A stretch of 58,136 nt of DNA, counting the filler, from a bacterium (GTDB lineage Bacteria; CLD3; SB21), in assembly GCA_013360215.1 (NCBI GenBank). It is 4 parts of 4 records of this genome, joined end to end, with 100 filler letters (N's around TTAATTAATTAA, not from the genome) between each part and the next. Parts side by side here need not be neighbours in the genome. Positions count along the whole stretch, not along the records: positions 45,475 to 58,136 come from JABWCP010000046.1; 3 more parts are not named here. The stretch is one strand, 5' to 3'. Numbering within the stretch: position 1 is the stretch's first letter; the number at the start of each line of letters is the position of its first letter. The notes under the pieces were generated by a model, which was not told the origin of the DNA, did not search any database, and saw nothing but the letters and a program-made list of their open reading frames with translations. Positions 51,671 to 58,136 of this stretch are shown here, piece by piece. A program made the position numbers and the translations under genes.

Positions 51671-52507
51671 CTATTTACCGAACACCTCTTTAAAAAGCGC
51701 TGCCATATCCGCCCATGAATCGGCGTCAGCCTTAGCATTATAAGCTAAAGGTAAATTGAATTTTTTACCCAGTGAATCAACCGCCGGGTTGGTAAAGCCG
51801 TGTACGGCACCGTCATAGGATTTGAATGCATAGTTGACTTTAGCTGCATCCATTTCTTTTTTGAAACCTTCGATATCTTTTTCAGAAACAAATTTATCGG
51901 CAGCGCCATTACATACCAGGACACGACTTTTCACTACCCCCTCTTTCGCCGGTTCTGCTGCACCCAGGCTTCCGTGAAAACTCACGACCGCTTTCATATC
52001 AATACCCTGACGGGCCATATTGAGTACTACGCCGCCGCCAAAACAATATCCGATAGCCGCGATATGGGATGCGTCCACATTAGGATTATTCTTCAATGTT
52101 TCGACCGCTTTTTCAAAACGTGCTTTAGCGCCTTTGAAGTTCTTCATGGTTTCGGATGCAAATTTTCCGGCGTCTTGCGGATGCTCTGCTTTTTTTCCAT
52201 CGCCGTACATATCTACCGCTAAAGCCACATATCCCATTTCAGCAAGCATTTTAGCGCGTTGACGGGCATATTCATTGTGACCCCACCACTCATGCACGAC
52301 GATCACACCGGGACGTTTGCCCGTTTGCGCTGCATCATAGGCGATAAAACCTTTCATGGTAATATTATCCGCCGCATAACTGATCTCTTCACCCGTAATG
52401 TTTTTAGCCGCGACGGTCGTTGCTTCCGCTTTTGCCGGTTCTTTTTTGGCCGGTTGACAGCTCATCAAAACAGCCAAAGCCATGACGGCGATACGATGGA
52501 TTCTCAT
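51671..52507 (-). CDS. Dienelactone hydrolase family lipoprotein
   Basis: VHEWWG, GYCFGG, FHG, HGFTNP; lipobox LMSC. Confidence 0.9.
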   Translation of the reverse strand: MRIHRIAVMALAVLMSCQPAKKEPAKAEATTVAAKNITGEEISYAADNITMKGFIAYDAAQTGKRPGVIVVHEWWGHNEYARQRAKMLAEMGYVALAVDMYGDGKKAEHPQDAGKFASETMKNFKGAKARFEKAVETLKNNPNVDASHIAAIGYCFGGGVVLNMARQGIDMKAVVSFHGSLGAAEPAKEGVVKSRVLVCNGAADKFVSEKDIEGFKKEMDAAKVNYAFKSYDGAVHGFTNPAVDSLGKKFNLPLAYNAKADADSWADMAALFKEVFGK

Positions 52508-52558
52508 ACGCGCACTCCTTGTGTTAGGGTTAATATTTTAACAGAGAAACTGTAAAAC

Positions 52559-52915
52559 CTATAAGGATTTTTTCCAAGCGTGCAATTCAAAGAGAAGATG
52601 TTGCGAGGCCAATTGATATTCGCCCTGATAAATTTCAGTGGCTTGCTTTTTGAACCCGCTTAGAGCCAGATTCAAAACGATACCGGCTATTTTATGAAAA
52701 TGCGCATGCAATTCGCGAACCGTAGTGTAAAAATGATCGTCTTTGTAATCCGTTTCGATCATGTGAATCCATTTCCCAAACGCGCATTGATCATCAACGG
52801 ACACTTTATCCACAGCCCACACACTATGCCCGGTTTCAATCGCCGCCATGAGACGTTCTTTCCACAGCTCGTGAGCCGCGATGGCATTTTCTATTTCTTC
52901 CAACAGCGCGTGCAT
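52559..52915 (-). CDS. Stand-alone CZB (chemoreceptor zinc-binding) domain protein
   Basis: AHELWK, CAFGKWI, LHAHFH (3 His + 1 Cys). Confidence 0.85.
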   Translation of the reverse strand: MHALLEEIENAIAAHELWKERLMAAIETGHSVWAVDKVSVDDQCAFGKWIHMIETDYKDDHFYTTVRELHAHFHKIAGIVLNLALSGFKKQATEIYQGEYQLASQHLLFELHAWKKSL

Positions 52916-52918
52916 CAA

Positions 52919-54058
52919 TCAATTCTTATCCGCTTTTACGCGATCCATAAATTGATTAAAAAGATAATCGCTGTCATGCGGTCCGGGACTGGCTTCCGGA
53001 TGGTACTGGACGGAAAAAAGCGGCAACTCCCGATGCCGAAATCCTTCGAGTGTGCCGTCATATAAATTGAAATGAGTCAGTTCGATTTCTTTCTCATTCA
53101 ACGTTTTAGGATCAACGGTAAAACCGTGATTCTGCGAAGTAATCTCGATGATCCCTGTGGCTAAATTCTTTACGGGATGATTCGCTCCGCGATGGCCAAA
53201 TTTTAATTTATATGTTTTTGCACCTAAAGCGATTCCAAGCAATTGTTGACCAAGACAAATACCGAATACCGGTTTTTTACCGATAAATTTTTTGATTTCA
53301 GGGATGACATAGTCAACGGCTTCCGGGTCGCCGGGTCCATTGGATAAAAATATTCCGTCCGGATTACTTGCCAAAATTTCATCCGCTTTTGTTTTGGAAG
53401 GAAATACTTCGACCACGCAGCCGCGTTCGACAAATTTTCTCAAAATATTTTGTTTGACGCCAAAATCATATACCGCAATTCGATACGGATGAGTTCCCGT
53501 AATATTTTCCCGGAACTGCCACATTTCCGCATTCGGTTCAGACCATTGATATTTAGTTTTACAAGTTACGGCATCCACATGGTTAGCACCTTCCATCCGC
53601 GGCGCATTTTTCACTTTTTCCAATAACCGCTGCACGCTTGTGTCCGTCGTCGAAATAATCGCACGCATCGCGCCGAAGTTGCGGATATGGCGCGTGATAG
53701 CGCGTGTATCCAAACCCTCAATGCCCATGATACCGTTCTTTTTGAGCAGGTCGGATAACGAGTGGGATGAACGCCAATTGGACGGATAATCGCAAACTTC
53801 TTTGACGATCAACGCTTTGGCTTGCGGTCCACGCGATTCAAAATCCTCGTCGCTGATCCCATAATTACCGATCAAAGGATACGTCATGACGATCATTTGG
53901 CCGTAATACGACGGATCGGAGACGATCTCCTGATAACCCGTCATGCTGGTATTAAATACGATTTCGCCGGTCGCCTCGCCATCCGCACCGAAAGACCGCG
54001 CCTCATAAAATGTGCCGTCTTCCAGCACAAGCAATGCTTTGCTTTTGTTTGAATTCAC
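52919..54058 (-). CDS. carA: Carbamoyl-phosphate synthase small subunit
   Basis: GEIVFNTSMTGYQE, LSNGPGDP, GICLG, QNHGF, QYHPE. Confidence 0.96.
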   Translation of the reverse strand: MNSNKSKALLVLEDGTFYEARSFGADGEATGEIVFNTSMTGYQEIVSDPSYYGQMIVMTYPLIGNYGISDEDFESRGPQAKALIVKEVCDYPSNWRSSHSLSDLLKKNGIMGIEGLDTRAITRHIRNFGAMRAIISTTDTSVQRLLEKVKNAPRMEGANHVDAVTCKTKYQWSEPNAEMWQFRENITGTHPYRIAVYDFGVKQNILRKFVERGCVVEVFPSKTKADEILASNPDGIFLSNGPGDPEAVDYVIPEIKKFIGKKPVFGICLGQQLLGIALGAKTYKLKFGHRGANHPVKNLATGIIEITSQNHGFTVDPKTLNEKEIELTHFNLYDGTLEGFRHRELPLFSVQYHPEASPGPHDSDYLFNQFMDRVKADKN

Positions 54059-54059
54059 C

Positions 54060-54797
54060 TTATATCCTCTGTAATATTTTTTTTGCAATGTTGGGGTAAT
54101 CGGTAATCAATCCGTCCACACCGAGATCGATCATGCGCTGCATTTCTTTTTCATCATTGACCGTCCAGGGATATACTGCGCAACGCGCTTCCCAGGCTCG
54201 CTCCATCAGCAATGCATTGACACCGACGGAATTGGGATGCCATGAATCTACAACAAGCCCTTTAGCTAAGCGATGATTGAGGTTGGGCAACCGTTTTTCA
54301 TAAATAAAACCCATGCGCATGTCGGGATCAATGCGTTGGCATTTTTTGACGACAAGGGGATTGAATGACGAAATCACCACTTGTTTGCGCATATGCATAT
54401 TGTATATCAAATCAATGACCCGTTCTTCGATTTTTCCGCGCAAGGGCATTTCGCTTTTGATTTCGATATTTACAAAAACAGGTTTACCTTGAAAAACCGT
54501 CAACACTTCCTTCAGCGTAGGGATGCCTGTTTGAACACGGTCCGATCGCAACGTAAGTTTTTTCAACTCTTCCAATGTTTTGGTTCGCACCATGCCGCGC
54601 CCTGTAGTCGTAAGCCGGTCTAGGCGAATATCATGAAAGACCACCAGCTCTTTATCGCGCGTCAGGCGTACATCCAGTTCGACACCGTCATACCCTTCAT
54701 CCACGACAGCCTGAAAACCCGGTAACGAATTTTCCGGAAACCCGGAATATGTCACACCGCGGTGCGCCATGATCATGATATGCTTCGGAGCGATCAC
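54060..54797 (-). CDS. Glycerophosphodiester phosphodiesterase
   Basis: AHRG, PENSL, VELDV, FHD, NIEIK, WTVN, GLITD. Confidence 0.92.
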   Translation of the reverse strand: MIAPKHIMIMAHRGVTYSGFPENSLPGFQAVVDEGYDGVELDVRLTRDKELVVFHDIRLDRLTTTGRGMVRTKTLEELKKLTLRSDRVQTGIPTLKEVLTVFQGKPVFVNIEIKSEMPLRGKIEERVIDLIYNMHMRKQVVISSFNPLVVKKCQRIDPDMRMGFIYEKRLPNLNHRLAKGLVVDSWHPNSVGVNALLMERAWEARCAVYPWTVNDEKEMQRMIDLGVDGLITDYPNIAKKILQRI

Positions 54798-55951
54798 GTA
54801 TTTTTGCCTTCGATGACTTTTTGATAATAATCTATGTACTGTTGCACGACACGGTCCGTACCGAAATTATCAACAACCCGTTGGCGTGCGTTGGCGCGAA
54901 ATCGCTGGTACAATTCCTGATCCGTAAGTATTTTGACCACATCCGCAGCCATCGCATCGACATCGCCGATTTTTTCGAGATAACCGGTTTCGTTGTGAAT
55001 ATTCACTTCCGAAAGTCCGCCGGCATTGGAGGTGACACAGGGTACACCCGCCGCCATGGCTTCCAGTGCGGCCAAGCCAAAACTTTCTTCTTCGCTTGGT
55101 AAAAGAAAAACATGCGCACAACAAATCAATTCAGCAACCGCTTCTTGTTTACCCAGAAAAACGACATGCTCATCCAATCCGAAATCTTGAACCAGCTGTT
55201 CGCACATGCGCCGCTCCGGACCGTCACCGATCAAGAGCAACTTGGCATTAATGTTTTCTCTTACTTTGGCGAAAATTTTCACCACATCACCGACACGCTT
55301 GACCGGACGAAAATTACTGATGTGCATGATCAGTTTTTCGTGATTGGGCGTGATGCGGCTCAAAAAACCATGTGAACTGTCTTCGGGTTTATCGTGGGGA
55401 CGATATTTTTCCGTATCAACAAAATTGGGTATTACTTCGATTTTTCGGTTGGGCTTAAATTCGCCGTACGTGCGGTTACGCAGATATTTTGACACCGACG
55501 TAGTACCGTCGCTTTCGTCAATACTGAACTTAATCAGATTTAAAAACGAACGATCCATGCCCAGCAATGTAATATCCGTTCCGTGCAACGTCGTGACGGT
55601 TTTTAAGTCTTTGATGCGATTGTTTTTTCGGATGATCTGTTTTGCCAGATACGCGCTTGGCGCATGCGGTATGGCATAATGTACATGCAGTAAATCCAAA
55701 TCCTCAAATTCCGCGACTTCAGCCATACGTGCCGCCAATGAAAGCGAATACGGCGAATGATCGAATACCGGATAATTCATCACTTCGACGGCATGAAAAT
55801 AAATGCGGTCACGAAACGTATTGAGACGAAAAGGAATATCGGAGGTGATAAAATGAATATCATGGCCGCGCTTGGCAAGTTCGATGCCCAGCTCGGTCGC
55901 TACGACACCGCTGCCGCCATACGTCGGGTAACACGTTACGCCTATTTTCAT
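54794..55951 (-). CDS. bshA: N-acetyl-alpha-D-glucosaminyl L-malate synthase
   Basis: CYPTYGGSGVVATELG, HVHYAIPHA, TTLHGTDIT, HISNFRPVKR, ESFGLAALEA. Confidence 0.94.
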   Translation of the reverse strand: MKIGVTCYPTYGGSGVVATELGIELAKRGHDIHFITSDIPFRLNTFRDRIYFHAVEVMNYPVFDHSPYSLSLAARMAEVAEFEDLDLLHVHYAIPHAPSAYLAKQIIRKNNRIKDLKTVTTLHGTDITLLGMDRSFLNLIKFSIDESDGTTSVSKYLRNRTYGEFKPNRKIEVIPNFVDTEKYRPHDKPEDSSHGFLSRITPNHEKLIMHISNFRPVKRVGDVVKIFAKVRENINAKLLLIGDGPERRMCEQLVQDFGLDEHVVFLGKQEAVAELICCAHVFLLPSEEESFGLAALEAMAAGVPCVTSNAGGLSEVNIHNETGYLEKIGDVDAMAADVVKILTDQELYQRFRANARQRVVDNFGTDRVVQQYIDYYQKVIEGKNT

Positions 55952-55960
55952 ATAATCAAT

Positions 55961-56194
55961 CTACCGTTTTCTAAAAAAAACATATACGACGTATAACACA
56001 ACGATCACTGGCAGACCATACTGATTGATTTCCGGTGACGCCCACTGAAACAGGTTAAGCACGATCAAAAGAAGGAGCGCTCCGATGACCGACCAACCAA
56101 AAATCTGCCACATACGTTTGCGACGCGTATCGGATGCGGCTTCGCCGGATGTTTCTTCATCTTGTATATCCGGTTGTGACGTATCTTCATTCAT
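55961..56194 (-). CDS. Small two-TM membrane protein
   Basis: Two hydrophobic segments; lies within the operon. Confidence 0.6.
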   Translation of the reverse strand: MNEDTSQPDIQDEETSGEAASDTRRKRMWQIFGWSVIGALLLLIVLNLFQWASPEINQYGLPVIVVLYVVYVFFRKR

Positions 56195-56197
56195 AAT

Positions 56198-56668
56198 TTA
56201 TCGGCTGATTTTGATGATTTTGAGTTCGAGTTCACCGGCCGGAATTTTGACTTTGGCCACATCGCCGACTTTTTTTCCGAGCAATCCTTTGGCAATAGGC
56301 GTATTCACCGATAGTTTGTTATTTTCCCAATCGGCTTCATTATCCGGAACTAACGTATAAGTCAGTTTTTCTTTGGTTTTAACATTTTGCAAATCAACGG
56401 TCGCAAGGATATATACTTTGTCAGTGGGAATTTCGTCTTCTTTGACTATGACGGCATTCATCACTTTCATTTCCATTTCATTGATTTTGCTTTGCAATAA
56501 CTGCAGCTCTTCTTTGGCCGCATGATATTCCGCATTTTCTTTGAGATCCCCGTGCTCCCGCGCCACCTGGACACGATTGGCAATTTCGGGACGTTTAACA
56601 TTTTTAAGATGTTGAATCTCTTCTTTGAGCTTTAATAAACCCTCGTGGGTCACATAGAACTTGGACAT
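56198..56668 (-). CDS. greA: Transcription elongation factor GreA
   Basis: AREHGDLKENAEYHAAKE, S..TPIAKGLLGK. Confidence 0.95.
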   Translation of the reverse strand: MSKFYVTHEGLLKLKEEIQHLKNVKRPEIANRVQVAREHGDLKENAEYHAAKEELQLLQSKINEMEMKVMNAVIVKEDEIPTDKVYILATVDLQNVKTKEKLTYTLVPDNEADWENNKLSVNTPIAKGLLGKKVGDVAKVKIPAGELELKIIKISR

Positions 56669-56689
56669 TCGCTGACAGACTCCTTTTCG

Positions 56690-57904
56690 TTACGCTAAAA
56701 TAGGGAATATGGATGATTGCATCGGTGTGCCGGTCACCAAAACATCTTTTTTGTCTCCGACATACACATTCACTTCGGTACGCACGCCGAAGTCGCCTAC
56801 AAAATAAATTCCGGGTTCGATCGAAAAACATGTACGCGGAATAATGCGGCGATTATCTTTGGTTTCAAGATTATCAATATTGGCGCCGTTGCCATGCACT
56901 TCTTCACCGATCGAGTGGCCGGTACGGTGAATGAAATATTCTCCATAACCATGCTGGACGATATGCGCACGGCAAACATCATCGATTTTCCAACCCGGAA
57001 GCGGACGATCGGCGGCGATTTCTTCTTTTATAAAAGCGATCGCGGCATCGCGTGCGCCGACAACCACATCAAACACTTTGGCAAATTTTTCGGGTACCGT
57101 TTTGCCGACAAAACCCATCTGCGTATAATCGGCATAAACGCCGCGCGGATGATTTTTCTTGGCCCACCAATCAATGAGCACCAAATCCCCTTCATGGATT
57201 TCTTTACAATGATCTTTTGTCGGCTCATAATGCGGATCGCCGGCATTTTCATTGACAGAGCAATTTGGCAAGTCGCCCGTGGTTAACCCGCGTTCGATAA
57301 ATTGGTTGTGAATAAATTGCTGTACATCGTATTCGGTGACTTTTTGGCGACCGGTTATTTTTTCACGAATAAACCCCCACACTTGCGGAATGATATCCGT
57401 CAAGGCTTTACCGGCTTCGACGTGCAATTGCAATTGCTGATCATCCCAAGTCGAATCAAAATATTGAACCAGATCGGCGGAAGAAACGATTTCGGCTTGC
57501 GTGGTTTTTCTGACCAATTCGATTGTACCGGCATCCACGATAGCCACATACGGAATGTTACATTCAGGCGAATATTCCATCGCAATTTTTTTATGCCCTG
57601 CGGTGACGGCCTTTAATCCGGCTTCAAGATCCTGCCAACTGGAAAAGATCACTTTTTCACCCGGCAACGTATCCAAAACATAACGCTCTATGCCGTGAAC
57701 AAGTTTTTTGGGTGTACCTTGCGCAGGAATGTAATAAAAAAATCGGCGCTTTTGTGTCAAATGTTCCGGTATGCTCAGAATGCTAGATGCGACCGGATTG
57801 TTTTTTCTAAAACTGTACAGCAGCCACCCGTCGTACCCGTTACGCGCAATATCTTTTTGTATTCTCTCAATGCGCTCATTGATGTTACCAGTTGATTGTG
57901 CCAT
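56690..57904 (-). CDS. M24-family Xaa-Pro peptidase
   Basis: PHYEP, ADYT, HRTGHSIG.EVH, SIEPGIY, GVRTE. Confidence 0.9.
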   Translation of the reverse strand: MAQSTGNINERIERIQKDIARNGYDGWLLYSFRKNNPVASSILSIPEHLTQKRRFFYYIPAQGTPKKLVHGIERYVLDTLPGEKVIFSSWQDLEAGLKAVTAGHKKIAMEYSPECNIPYVAIVDAGTIELVRKTTQAEIVSSADLVQYFDSTWDDQQLQLHVEAGKALTDIIPQVWGFIREKITGRQKVTEYDVQQFIHNQFIERGLTTGDLPNCSVNENAGDPHYEPTKDHCKEIHEGDLVLIDWWAKKNHPRGVYADYTQMGFVGKTVPEKFAKVFDVVVGARDAAIAFIKEEIAADRPLPGWKIDDVCRAHIVQHGYGEYFIHRTGHSIGEEVHGNGANIDNLETKDNRRIIPRTCFSIEPGIYFVGDFGVRTEVNVYVGDKKDVLVTGTPMQSSIFPILA

Positions 57905-57914
57905 AATATCCTCG

Positions 57915-58136
57915 TTAAAAATGTCGAAATCCCGCCGGTTCTAAGATTTTACGATTGCCTGATGCATCGGTGATCACTACCGATGTGCCGGCGACGATCG
58001 TACCGATGGCGTGAATATTGGTTTTTAATATTTTCTTTGCTTTGACAAATTCCTTAGGAGACATGGTAAGTAATAACTCATAATCTTCGCCGCCATGCAA
58101 TGCCCACATCATAGAATCTTTTTTCAGCACATCGCT
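57915..58136 (-). CDS. thiL: Thiamine-monophosphate kinase, C-terminal part (partial)
   Basis: ALHGGEDYELLLT...IG...GFRHF. Confidence 0.9.
   Translation of the reverse strand, partial: SDVLKKDSMMWALHGGEDYELLLTMSPKEFVKAKKILKTNIHAIGTIVAGTSVVITDASGNRKILEPAGFRHF

Overview
The window is four unlinked contigs (1-15894, 15995-30647, 30748-45374, 45475-58136) joined by artificial N44-TTAATTAATTAA-N44 linkers. They probably come from a MAG of an FCB-group bacterium, judging by the 'NYPNPFNP' sorting domain, bshA and Reg_prop proteins; this taxonomy is inferred. Contig 1 is the accessory region. It starts with the 3' half of ssb and ends with the 5' half of ssb. It holds an AT-richer, eroded array of gene cassettes with attC-like sites and no integrase (Fic, VOC, KOW, NTF2-like and a frameshifted cassette) plus a Type I R-M operon (hsdM, GIY-YIG, hsdS, AlbA/Schlafen-like, hsdR). 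Three signals stand out around this operon: (1) eight copies of a bulged hairpin with a fixed TTCGR..CTCA core and covarying stems, five lying in-frame inside hsdR/S/M around a stand-alone GIY-YIG nuclease; (2) an 11-bp-phased repeat array just upstream of hsdR; (3) an HsdS with two near-identical TRDs. Contigs 2-4 are mostly core or metabolic genes: serC-serA, katG/oxyR, a NarL-type two-component system with a candidate binding motif, a large M4 protease, korAB, hrcA-grpE-tRNA-Arg, rpe, an orphan hcrB-like gene, purD, an amidase, carA, bshA, greA and thiL.
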